Shown here in pieces: positions 29,090 through 38,109 of a stretch of DNA of 64,000 bases; within the stretch, counting starts at the first letter, position 1; each line of letters opens with the position of its first letter. Below the pieces are notes generated by a model. That model saw nothing but the letters and a program-made list of their open reading frames with translations. It did not search any database and had not been told where the DNA came from. Origin of the DNA: an uncultured Poribacteria bacterium (lineage in GTDB: Bacteria > Poribacteria > WGA-4E > WGA-3G). A program made the position numbers and the translations under genes. The stretch spans positions 544,001 through 608,000 of the forward strand of contig CATQHZ020000001.1 in the NCBI GenBank assembly GCA_958296135.2. Direction: 5' to 3'.

Positions 29090-29275
29090 CTATCGCCGCC
29101 AGAGCGATTTAGTTTTCAGTTTTTGATGGAAACCTCCGTGAAAATCCAGACCGGTTATGCCTCTTGAAGACTGCGTGCGTTGCGCGCAAAAGCACGCCAC
29201 CTTCGTGAGCCAGATTAACTTAATTTCGTATAATGCGCGGCTCCGGCATGGGCGGCTTTTCTTCCAGCTGTCCAT
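29090..29275 (-). pseudogene. Possible decayed IS200 tnpA remnant
   Basis: LYEIKLIWLTK, and with frameshifts FKGITG..IFTEFP..KLKTKSLW, resemble Y1 transposase termini; HUH region absent. Confidence 0.3.
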
Positions 29276-29283
29276 GCCTGTTC

Positions 29284-30159
29284 CTAACGCAGCCGCCGGT
29301 CTGCCAATTTGATAATCTCGCCGCTTTCCTGCGCGATATACAGATAGCCGAGCCCGTCCAAGACAACCCCCTCCTGCTCATCGCCGGGCAAGAGATACTG
29401 ACTCAGCATCGTGCCGTCTCGTTTGAGTTCCACCAAAAGGTTTGTCGTGTCGCTAATCAGCACGAGGCACTCGGCGCGTGCATCGTAAGCGAGCCCGGAA
29501 ATGTCAATGAAGTTCATCCGATAGAAGCGGACGATAGTGCCCTCCGCCTTTCGCGCTTGAGAGGAACGGAGCGGCACAACTACTTCGCACACGACAGAGG
29601 GTTCTCCCCGCGGCTTGAGGCTAAACGACTGGTTGCCCACCCAAAATGTGCCGCCCTCCGGATGCGTCGCGTTTGGCACAAAAACGAGTGCCTCGATGCC
29701 CATGCCGCCCTTTTTTAGCAGCTGCGCGCCCTCAAAATCCCGGGCGATGTTGAATTCTCTCTGAATCGTGAGTGTGCCCGGTTCAATTTCCAGAATCGCT
29801 TCGTCATCTTCAACAGCGGCATAGAGCAGCCCGGTGGCTGGGTTCACGGTGATGCCCTCCAAATCCCGGCCGTTTACCTGTTTTGATTGCACCAGTGTGC
29901 CATCGGTTGGGTTTACCTCATAGATACTCCCCGAATCGTCGGCGACAAATAGGCTGCGTCGCATCGGATGATAGGTGATGCCGGAGGGCTCAGCGATGCG
30001 GGCTCGGCTGATATTGCCTATCCAATGATAGGGCAGGGCAATTGGGCGCGATGCCGCGGTCTGTTTTGTCGCAGTTTGCTCCATCTGCACCAGAAAATAG
30101 ACGAGCGTGGCACTGATACCTATAATTAAAATAATCATGAGAGCTCGTTTATAGGACAT
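29284..30159 (-). CDS. SdiA-regulated/YjiK-like beta-propeller protein
   Basis: N-terminal TM; EPSGITY, DLEGIT, GIEAL, ISGLAYD, QEGVVLD. Confidence 0.8.
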   Translation of the reverse strand: MSYKRALMIILIIGISATLVYFLVQMEQTATKQTAASRPIALPYHWIGNISRARIAEPSGITYHPMRRSLFVADDSGSIYEVNPTDGTLVQSKQVNGRDLEGITVNPATGLLYAAVEDDEAILEIEPGTLTIQREFNIARDFEGAQLLKKGGMGIEALVFVPNATHPEGGTFWVGNQSFSLKPRGEPSVVCEVVVPLRSSQARKAEGTIVRFYRMNFIDISGLAYDARAECLVLISDTTNLLVELKRDGTMLSQYLLPGDEQEGVVLDGLGYLYIAQESGEIIKLADRRLR

Positions 30160-30445
30160 CGGAAATCCTCCATGTTGCATCGGGCGGCTGACTAGAGGTA
30201 TTTTACCACATTTTTCTGACGGTATCCAGCAAAAAATGTCAGTACGGACGCGCCTGCGATAGGCGTGCTTAAAAAACGTGCCTACGGGGTTTGGGCGGGA
30301 TCAGTCCTAAATGGATAAAAATGATATTTTTCTTGAAAAATTTCCTATTCAATGGTATCCTAATTAATAGAACTGACGCAGGACGAGCTCCGGAGGCGTG
30401 CTTTTTAAACGCGCCTCTGGGCGGGTGCACCAAAGGAGAGGCTCT

Positions 30446-31861
30446 ATGACAAACATGCCGAGGCTAGTCGTTGAAGTCTTTGAACATGTCAATTTTCAAG
30501 GGCGGAAAGTGACGCTGATTGAATCCATTCCCAATACGGCCGAGATTGGGGCGCAAGATATTATCTCTTCGATCAAGATTTACAAGGGCCCCGGCTTCAA
30601 TGCGTCGCCGAACTATAAAGCGATTTTTCATGAGCATGAGAATTACCGGGGGCGCAGGCTTGTCCTGGCTCCGGGATTTTATCCGAACATTCACGAGATT
30701 CCTTACAACTTCGGCGATACGATTACGGCGATAAGTTTTAGTCCCTCGGCGCATCCCACACCGCCGGAGTATGGGGCAGTCCCGGTGGTGATTGAGGTAT
30801 TCCGCGATGTCGATTTCAGTGGGCAGCGGAGTGTCATCATGCGCGATGTCAGTTCCATGTTTGACATCGGTATGAACGACACCATTTCGTCGATTCGGGT
30901 GCAGCGCGGGCCGAGTTTCCCGTTTAGTGGGTGCCATGCCATCTTCTATGAACACGTCAATTTTGAGGGGCGTCGGCTGAACCTCAACCTGAGCACGCAG
31001 GAATTCCAGCTTGCGATTCGGAACCTCCGTTCGCTGCCACACTCGCAATCGTTTTCGGATATTATTTCCTCGGTGAAGATTGTGCCGCTGGGTGCCTTCC
31101 GTGTGCTGATTGTTGTCGGCGATAACCAGACTGGCGAGCCCGCCGTGTTAGAATCGCTCACTACCGTGGAGGGCTTAGAATTCCAATTGACTACGGTGCA
31201 TATCAACGACAATCCGGATAACCGTGGCGATGCCAACAACGCGGTGAGACTCTCCAGCGTCACGCTGTCTGAATACGATATTATCTGGTTTACCTGGTTT
31301 GCTACCGGCCACGATGGCGAATATTTTATCGAAGATGCCGACGCGGCAATTCAGGATTTTGTCCGGAAGGGCGGCATCGTCTGGGCCTCCGCCATGGATA
31401 ATAATATCACGCCACCTGATGGCGTGCATACCACGGAACCCAGCTGGCGCGGCGATTGGCTCCCGGTGGCGCAGCACCCCATCGATGTTATCAATGCCGA
31501 GGATTGTAACGTGCGCATCACATCCGATGGCCAGAAGACCGGCTTGTTTACCTGGCCTCATAAAATTAATGTGGATACGCTGATTACCGATGATCATTGG
31601 GTGACGAACGACGCGAGTTACCACAAATTGGCTGTCCGCGAGGACAACGACGGTGCCATCGGGGTGCAGTTGCAGTGGGGTGAAGGCTACTACGTCGGCT
31701 TCGCTGTGGATACGCGGGATGCCTACCGCACGGCGATAGCCAAACCGCTCATCGAAAATGCGCTCTGCTACTTAGCGAGTCTTGCATGGCAGACTTCGCC
31801 GCGCCAACCGCTCAAGGGACGCTACCGGACGCACCAGAGTAACTATAGACATTTTCGTTAA
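30446..31861 (+). CDS. Beta/gamma-crystallin domain protein with a C-terminal alpha/beta domain
   Basis: Four Greek-key motifs (FEHVNFQGR, HEHENYRGR, FRDVDFSGQ, YEHVNFEGR) with DIISS/DTISS; no signal peptide. Confidence 0.8.
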   Translation: MTNMPRLVVEVFEHVNFQGRKVTLIESIPNTAEIGAQDIISSIKIYKGPGFNASPNYKAIFHEHENYRGRRLVLAPGFYPNIHEIPYNFGDTITAISFSPSAHPTPPEYGAVPVVIEVFRDVDFSGQRSVIMRDVSSMFDIGMNDTISSIRVQRGPSFPFSGCHAIFYEHVNFEGRRLNLNLSTQEFQLAIRNLRSLPHSQSFSDIISSVKIVPLGAFRVLIVVGDNQTGEPAVLESLTTVEGLEFQLTTVHINDNPDNRGDANNAVRLSSVTLSEYDIIWFTWFATGHDGEYFIEDADAAIQDFVRKGGIVWASAMDNNITPPDGVHTTEPSWRGDWLPVAQHPIDVINAEDCNVRITSDGQKTGLFTWPHKINVDTLITDDHWVTNDASYHKLAVREDNDGAIGVQLQWGEGYYVGFAVDTRDAYRTAIAKPLIENALCYLASLAWQTSPRQPLKGRYRTHQSNYRHFR

Positions 31862-31983
31862 TCGTCAAGCCGGATGCCGTAGTACGGTGGGCTTGTTCCC
31901 CCACATTCGTTTCCAAAGACATGGAAGAAAAGACAACCACATTAGCCAAGTCACAGCTGACCAACCGCTAGGAAGAACAAAAA

Positions 31984-34818
31984 ATGCGTTTCATTGCTGT
32001 TATCGTTTTCCTCATTGTCGTCGCGATTGCTGTCGGATGGTTTGCCTATCAAAATATTGATGGTTTCGGGCAGGGCCAAGTGATGCGCGTCTTTAGCGTC
32101 ATCGCGGCTGTCCTCCTTGCCATTCTGATTGCTTTCGCGGCAACCGTCATCCGCTATCGGATACCGAGGGCGGACATCGCCCTGGTTAGAACCGGGGGTG
32201 CGCGCGAGAAAATTCGCATCACCGGTGGCCTCTGGGTAAACACCATTATTCATGAAATCAAGGAAATCTCGCTCAACACCATGCGCATTGAGGTTATCCG
32301 AGAAGGCCCCGAGGCGTTGATTACCTATGATTTCAACCGCGGCGATGTCGAAGTCGTCTTCTATCTCAAAGTTGAGCCGGCCGAGAACGAGATCTTACGC
32401 GCTGCGCAGGCACTCGGGGATAAATCGATGACGCCCGAGACCGTGCGTGAACTCATTGAACCTAAACTTGAAGGCGCGCTCCGAAGCGTCGCTGCCGAAA
32501 GTGACATCCAAGACTTGCTTCAAAAACGCCAAGAATTCGCCGAGAAAGTGCAATCCGCCTGCGGCGAAGACCTGGAAATACAAAACGGGCTGACGCTCGA
32601 GACCGTCTCAATTATCCGAGTAGACCAGACACCGGTTGAGACACTCGACCCGGAGAACCGCTTTGATGCCGTCGGTATCCGTGAGATTACCGAGATTACC
32701 GCGGATCAGGAACGCGAAAAAGCGCGCATCGTTAACGAAAAAGAGGTGGCCATCGTTCAAATCGAGGTGGATGCCCGTATCCAGAAATTGGAGGCAGAAC
32801 AACAACAGGAATGGGCCCAGTCAGACCAGCAGAAGAATATCGCCATCTATGCGGCGGAACGCCAAGCGGAAACCCTCAAATTCCAATATGAGATGGACCA
32901 GGGTGTCCAAGAGCGCGAATACGAGATGAAGCAGGAGGTCGAACGCGCCCGCATCACACAAGAACAGGTTGTCCAAGAACGCGAAATTGAGATGAACCGC
33001 GACGTGGAAGTCGCTCGCGTGCAACAGGAGCAGATTGTTGCACAACGCGAGATTGAGAAAAACCTCATCGTTGAAACGCAGCAGATTGAGCAGGCCAAAG
33101 TCGTCCAACTCGCCGAGATTGAGCAGTATCTCACTGTGCAAATGCAGAAAATCGAGCAGGAGCAGGTACTTGCTGTTCGCGAGGTTGAGAAGCAGCTCGT
33201 TGTGGAGAAAGCGCGCATCGCCCAGGAAGAGGGAGTGTCGCTGCGGGATATTGAGCGCGACCTGCTTGTTCAAACCGAGCGGCTCGGACAGGAGCAGCAG
33301 GTGCAGCAGCGCGAGATTGAGAAGAATCTCGTCGTGGAGACGGCGCAGATCGATCAGCTCCGGCAAGTTGAACTTGCCGAGATAGCCAAAGTGCTGGCCG
33401 TGGAAGTCACCCGAATCGTTCAAGAACAGCAGGTAGAGACGCGCGACATCGAGAAGCAGCTTGTTGTGGAGAAAGCGCGCATCGCCCAGGAAGAGGGAGT
33501 CTCCTTACGCGATATTGAACGCGATCTTACCGTCCAGACAGAGCGGTTTAGTCAGGAGCAGCAGGTGCAGCAGCGCGAGATTGAGAAGAATCTCGTCGTG
33601 GAGACGGCGCAGATTGATCAGCTCCGGCAAGTTGAACTCGCCGAGATAGCCAAAGTGCTGGCCGTGGAAGTCACCCGCATTATCCAAGAACAGCAGGTAG
33701 AGACGCGCGACATCGAGAAGCAGCTCGTAGTGGAGAAAGCGCGCATCGCCCAGGAAGAGGGAGTCTCCTTACGCGATATTGAACGCGATCTCACCGTCCA
33801 GACAGAACGGTTTAGTCAGGAGCAGCAGGTGCAGCAGCGCGAGATTGAGAAAAATCTCGTCGTGGAAACGGCGCAGATCGATCAGCTCCGCCAGGTCGAA
33901 CTCGCCGAGATAGCCAAAGTGCTGGCCGTGGAAGTCACCCGAATCGTCCAAGAACAGCAGGTAGAGACGCGCGACATCGAGAAGCAGCTCGTAGTGGAGA
34001 AAGCGCGCATCGCCCAGGAAGAGGGAGTCTCCTTACGCGATATTGAACGCGATCTTACCGTCCAGACAGAGCGGTTTAGTCAGGAGCAGCAGGTGCAGCA
34101 GCGCGAGATTGAGAAGAATCTCGTTGTCGAAACGGCGCAGATTGATCAGCTCCGGCAAGTTGAACTCGCCGAGATTGCCAAAATGCTCAATGTGGAGCAG
34201 TCCCGCATCAATCAGGAGTTGCGCGTGACGTTGAGCGATGAAGATAGGAATATCGATGTTGCGAATAAACAGCAGGTGACAGCCCTCGCCGAGAAGGAGT
34301 TGTTGCTTGCGGAAGCCGAACGCATGGGTGCCGAGGTGAACGTGATGGCAACCGAGCAGGTGAAAGAGGCGGAGTGGCAGCGTGAAGTCGCCATCATCGG
34401 TGCGGAGGCGCAGGCTCAGCCTATTGAACGTCTCGCCGATGCGGTGCTCGCCGAAGCGCGCGCCAAAGCGCAAGGTGAGATGGCGGAATACGAAGCACGC
34501 AACGTCGCTGAACAACGCGTCCTCGTGCAGGAGGCAATCTTGGAGCTGATTGAGGAAGCCCCTGAGATTGTTGAACAGATGATGAAACCCGTTGAGAAGA
34601 TCGATAGTATCAAGATCTTGGATATGGGTAACAACGATGGGCAGGGCGGCATCAATCGGAGCAACATGGGCAAATTGGCGAATGCGCTGCTTGACACGGG
34701 CGCGATTTCGCCGATGCTGAAGGAGTTGTTCAACTTCGCGGATGTCGATGCGCAGCAGATTACGGACAAAATCGCTGAGTATCTGGCAGACCTGGTAAAT
34801 CGGCCGAACGCCGGCTAG
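31984..34818 (+). CDS. Flotillin/SPFH-family protein with a repeat-expanded coiled coil
   Basis: Two TM helices, ALVRTGG, SLNTMRIEV, GALRSVAA, NGLTLETVSI, FDAVG, C-terminal KPVEKIDSIKI. Confidence 0.9.
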   Translation: MRFIAVIVFLIVVAIAVGWFAYQNIDGFGQGQVMRVFSVIAAVLLAILIAFAATVIRYRIPRADIALVRTGGAREKIRITGGLWVNTIIHEIKEISLNTMRIEVIREGPEALITYDFNRGDVEVVFYLKVEPAENEILRAAQALGDKSMTPETVRELIEPKLEGALRSVAAESDIQDLLQKRQEFAEKVQSACGEDLEIQNGLTLETVSIIRVDQTPVETLDPENRFDAVGIREITEITADQEREKARIVNEKEVAIVQIEVDARIQKLEAEQQQEWAQSDQQKNIAIYAAERQAETLKFQYEMDQGVQEREYEMKQEVERARITQEQVVQEREIEMNRDVEVARVQQEQIVAQREIEKNLIVETQQIEQAKVVQLAEIEQYLTVQMQKIEQEQVLAVREVEKQLVVEKARIAQEEGVSLRDIERDLLVQTERLGQEQQVQQREIEKNLVVETAQIDQLRQVELAEIAKVLAVEVTRIVQEQQVETRDIEKQLVVEKARIAQEEGVSLRDIERDLTVQTERFSQEQQVQQREIEKNLVVETAQIDQLRQVELAEIAKVLAVEVTRIIQEQQVETRDIEKQLVVEKARIAQEEGVSLRDIERDLTVQTERFSQEQQVQQREIEKNLVVETAQIDQLRQVELAEIAKVLAVEVTRIVQEQQVETRDIEKQLVVEKARIAQEEGVSLRDIERDLTVQTERFSQEQQVQQREIEKNLVVETAQIDQLRQVELAEIAKMLNVEQSRINQELRVTLSDEDRNIDVANKQQVTALAEKELLLAEAERMGAEVNVMATEQVKEAEWQREVAIIGAEAQAQPIERLADAVLAEARAKAQGEMAEYEARNVAEQRVLVQEAILELIEEAPEIVEQMMKPVEKIDSIKILDMGNNDGQGGINRSNMGKLANALLDTGAISPMLKELFNFADVDAQQITDKIAEYLADLVNRPNAG
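33185..34180 (+). repeat. 264-bp (88-aa) coding tandem repeat, about 3.7 copies
   Basis: ggagacggcgcagat at 33336 and 33600, continuing with period 264. Confidence 0.95.
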
Positions 34819-34965
34819 AATTTGCGTATTGGCGCAAAGCGTTCCATGGGTGCCCGTAGGGCGAGGGCGTTACGGGCACGCCTATAGAAAATGTGCGTGT
34901 GTCGCCCCGCGTAAACACGGTCACGCCTACAGCAAACGTGTTTACGGTAGTCAGTCGATCTGGCG

Positions 34966-35214
34966 ATGCAGATCGCCTGTCTTGATAGACGTGACCTTTG
35001 CATCGCAAAAGCAAACTACCTTAAAGTCCGCTACTGGTTGGATCTTATACGAGGGCTCACCCACCTTGCATGCCAGCAAGATGGAGAGGTTTCCTGTGAA
35101 CGATACCGCTCGCCAAAGAAACTGCTAGAGGCGTTCATCGTGGCAGGACGGATTGAAAACGAGAGCACTTTCATTGAGCATTGGCTCGACAGATATGAGC
35201 GGTTCTCTGACTAA
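34966..35214 (+). pseudogene. Probable C-terminal gene fragment at the island edge
   Basis: 82-aa ORF with no clear RBS; its stop abuts the RBS of the next gene. Confidence 0.3.
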
Positions 35215-35227
35215 AAAGGAGACTATA

Positions 35228-35671
35228 ATGAAAGTATTACTTTGTGCATTACTTTGCGCATTTTTCACTGTCCTCGGCTGTGGTGGCGACACGCCACTCA
35301 CGCCGAGCTCCAACGACGGCGACACGCTACTCACGCCGAGCTCCAACGACATCGCATACATCACGGCGGAGAGTCAGTTCTTCCCCGCCACGGAGGACGC
35401 TGGTATGGAGGTGAGACGCAACTGGCTAGGGCGACTCGGCGAGGTATCGGGTATCGTATCAGAGGTTCTAATTGGTACCGATGATGCGTGGATAACGCTC
35501 CAGGTGGGGAATAAAAGCGTGGAATGCGATATGTCTGCGTATCCAGACGAGTCGAGCTTGCGTCAAATGGCTAGGGAACGTAGCTCCCTGACGATACGTG
35601 GGACGCTAGAGGTATTCAGGGCCGGACGTGTGTGGATGAGCGGGTGTTGGATTATCGGTATCGAGGACTAA
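35228..35671 (+). CDS. Lipoprotein with an OB-fold-like domain
   Basis: AAGGAG RBS, lipobox VLGC, 33-bp duplication (GDTPLTPSSND), EVSGIVSEV..LTIRG..SGC. Confidence 0.7.
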   Translation: MKVLLCALLCAFFTVLGCGGDTPLTPSSNDGDTLLTPSSNDIAYITAESQFFPATEDAGMEVRRNWLGRLGEVSGIVSEVLIGTDDAWITLQVGNKSVECDMSAYPDESSLRQMARERSSLTIRGTLEVFRAGRVWMSGCWIIGIED

Positions 35672-35674
35672 CCA

Positions 35675-35765
35675 CCGCAACCCCCGTCGGCACGGCTCGG
35701 CGGGGAGGGCAATCTTCCACCCTTCAAGGATAGCGTCGCCGTCTGTCTAACAAAGGGAGCGACGC
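35675..35765 (+). repeat. Unknown ~90-nt three-hairpin element (copy 1)
   Basis: Shares ccgcaacccc, gagggca, acccttcaagg and cgtcgccgtctgtctaacaaagggagcgacgc with 37506-37600. Confidence 0.8.
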
Positions 35766-35801
35766 GTAATATAAGAAGACAATATAAAAAGGAAATGAGG
35801 C

Positions 35802-37496
35802 ATGGCAGCTCAAGTGGCTAACCGAATCGATCGCGAGGCTTTGATAGCAGCGATTGATTCGGCTCAATCTCAAACGGAAATTCAGGCAGCACTGGAAAAG
35901 GCGATCGCGTCCAGCGGATTGGAAGCGGTTGATCTGACTAGCGTAGAACACCGACGCCAACTCTATTTCGGCGATAACTTAGGCTGGTTACGCGAACTGC
36001 CTTCAGGGCATGTCACGTTATGTGCTACTGATCCGCCGTTCAATAGTGGGCGTGACTATAATATGTTCATACTTAACTCCGAAGCACAAGAAACCGCTTT
36101 CAAAGACACATGGAAGTGGGACGAAGCCGCTATGGAGATTCGGGACGAAATCAAGAACATGGCGTTTAATGATTCGTATTATCGTCAAACGCATGTCGAT
36201 TCTTTCAATATGGAAGATACCCAGCAAGCGTATGTTAGGGTATCAAAGTATCTGGAAGGCTGGGATATAATGTTCGGTTCTACAACTGAAGGTAAAGTAA
36301 GTTCGATGCGAGCATACCTAACTTTCATGGCTCCGCGTCTTATCGAGATTCGGCGTGTTCTTGCGGACATCGGATCTCTCTATCTACATTGCGATCCAAC
36401 CGCGTCAGCCCATTTGAGGTTATTGCTGGATACCATCTTTGGACAGCAGAACTTTCGCAATGAGATTGTCTGGCATTATACAGGCGGCGGCAGGTCCAAA
36501 ACCTATTTCTCGCGCAAGCATGATGTCATCTTGTGGTATGCTAAGTCCACCGCTGATGACTACTGTTTCAATCTGGACGAGATCCGAGTGCCATATAAAG
36601 AAACGAGCGGTTATGCGAAAAGCGGGATTATTAGCAAAGCTGGCAAGCAATATAAGCCGAATCCAAAAGGAACGCCAGTTGACGATGTTTGGGATATTCC
36701 GATTATCAACCCGATGTCCAAAGAACGCCTTGGTTATCCAACGCAGAAACCCGTATCGCTCTATGAGCGTATAGTTAAGGCATCTTCCAATGAAGGCGAT
36801 ATCGTGTTAGATCCGTTTTGCGGGTGTGGCACAACGATCGATGCTGCGGAAGCATTGAATCGCCGTTGGATTGGAATTGATCTTACCGTTCTGGCATTAG
36901 AACCAATTCAGCGACGCATGCGTGAACGGCATGGGATTGAACCCCACACTGATTATCCAATCACAGGGTATCCCGTCAATATGCAAGAGTTGAGACTCAT
37001 GCTTGCTGACAAGGGCAACAAGCAACGGTATAAAGATGCTGAAGCGTGGGCGGTTACTCGAATCGGTATGCGTCCGACGAAGTATATCGGTGATGGTGGG
37101 ATTGATGGCAAAATCGATGTCGAAGTATGGGAATTAGTAGATGGCAATCTAATTAGAACGCCAGCGAAAGCAGTCTGTGAGTTCAAATCAACTCAACAGA
37201 TCGTGCCAAGTATGATTCAGGCGTTCCGCACAGCAATGGAAGATGAAGGTGCGGTAGTTGGAATATTCATTGGATTGAACCCCATTAGTGCTGGTGTTAA
37301 AGAAACGATGCGTAAGGCTGGCACCTTTGAGCATAATGGTCAAACAATCCAGCGTGTTCAATACTGGCAGATAACCGATGACTCTTTCGATGCTAATGGA
37401 AGAGTTTCAGCGGATATCAAACTGCCGTATATGCCTAAACCGTTGTATCAGTCTGAAGCATTCGTTGATGAAAACGCACAGCAATCAGTGCTGTAA
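35802..37496 (+). CDS. N6A/N4C DNA methyltransferase (beta class) fused to an Mrr-like endonuclease domain
   Basis: LYFGDNL, DPPF, YPTQKP, DPFCGCGT, DGGIDG..EFK. Confidence 0.88.
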   Translation: MAAQVANRIDREALIAAIDSAQSQTEIQAALEKAIASSGLEAVDLTSVEHRRQLYFGDNLGWLRELPSGHVTLCATDPPFNSGRDYNMFILNSEAQETAFKDTWKWDEAAMEIRDEIKNMAFNDSYYRQTHVDSFNMEDTQQAYVRVSKYLEGWDIMFGSTTEGKVSSMRAYLTFMAPRLIEIRRVLADIGSLYLHCDPTASAHLRLLLDTIFGQQNFRNEIVWHYTGGGRSKTYFSRKHDVILWYAKSTADDYCFNLDEIRVPYKETSGYAKSGIISKAGKQYKPNPKGTPVDDVWDIPIINPMSKERLGYPTQKPVSLYERIVKASSNEGDIVLDPFCGCGTTIDAAEALNRRWIGIDLTVLALEPIQRRMRERHGIEPHTDYPITGYPVNMQELRLMLADKGNKQRYKDAEAWAVTRIGMRPTKYIGDGGIDGKIDVEVWELVDGNLIRTPAKAVCEFKSTQQIVPSMIQAFRTAMEDEGAVVGIFIGLNPISAGVKETMRKAGTFEHNGQTIQRVQYWQITDDSFDANGRVSADIKLPYMPKPLYQSEAFVDENAQQSVL

Positions 37497-37505
37497 ACTT
37501 TCACT

Positions 37506-37600
37506 CCGCAACCCCTGTCGTCTGGCGCGGATGCTGGCGAGGAGGGCAGACTTGAACCCTTCAAGGCTCGTCGCCGTCTGTCTAACAAAGGGAGCGACGC
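37506..37600 (+). repeat. Unknown ~90-nt three-hairpin element (copy 2)
   Basis: Same conserved blocks as 35675-35765; loops differ. Confidence 0.8.
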
Positions 37601-37727
37601 ATTGACACGTTACCGATTGGGCATGGTTTTATTGCAACAAGTCCTTACGTCTCAATCACTGATGCACAAGCGTAACCGAGCGTTGAGGGGGGGGCAATTC
37701 CCCCTCCATGCTACCATTGGAGAACAA

Positions 37728-37853
37728 GTGGACAATATACGTTACACGTTAGATAGGAAAGAACAAGCGATTGACATCTATAATCGCCGCAGGGCTGGCG
37801 AAACATGGATGGAAATCCAAGCAGAGATGTCCACTGTCCCTCGCCATGCTTGA
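37728..37853 (+). CDS. Small hypothetical protein, possibly a truncated HTH
   Basis: GGAG RBS with GTG start; AIDIYNRRRAGETWMEI. Confidence 0.35.
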   Translation: MDNIRYTLDRKEQAIDIYNRRRAGETWMEIQAEMSTVPRHA

Positions 37854-37869
37854 ACTACCCGGAAGATAG

Positions 37870-38085
37870 ATGATGAACACGCTCAAACAAAACATTGCCG
37901 ATACACTACAGACATTCGCGGACGCGCCCCTTCGCGATGCTGCGACGCGCGTCCTGAATACCCTCGGTTACCACAGCGAGAGAACAGGATATCCAGCCCT
38001 AGATGTGGAGATACTCAACCGCTTCCGGGCGGCTGGCTCAGGAATAACCAGAAACGTAGTCCTTGACAACGTCAATGAGGGATGA
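37870..38085 (+). pseudogene. Short ORF, possibly the N-terminal remnant of a type IIG/Eco57I-like R-M enzyme
   Basis: PLRDAATRVLNTLGYHSER resembles N-termini of such enzymes (recalled, unverified). Confidence 0.3.
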
Positions 38086-38109
38086 CGCAAAGAGGTCATC
38101 GTACAAAGC

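Noticed and set aside
35743-35749. GTCTAAC as an integron attC inverse core
   Set aside because: No matching GTTRRRY at a suitable distance downstream in either copy, and no integrase in the window.
37530-37565. Minus-strand gggttcaagtctgccctcctcgcca as a tRNA 3' end or HDV-like ribozyme
   Set aside because: No cloverleaf, the HDV P3 pairing cannot form, and copy 1 lacks the T-loop sequence.
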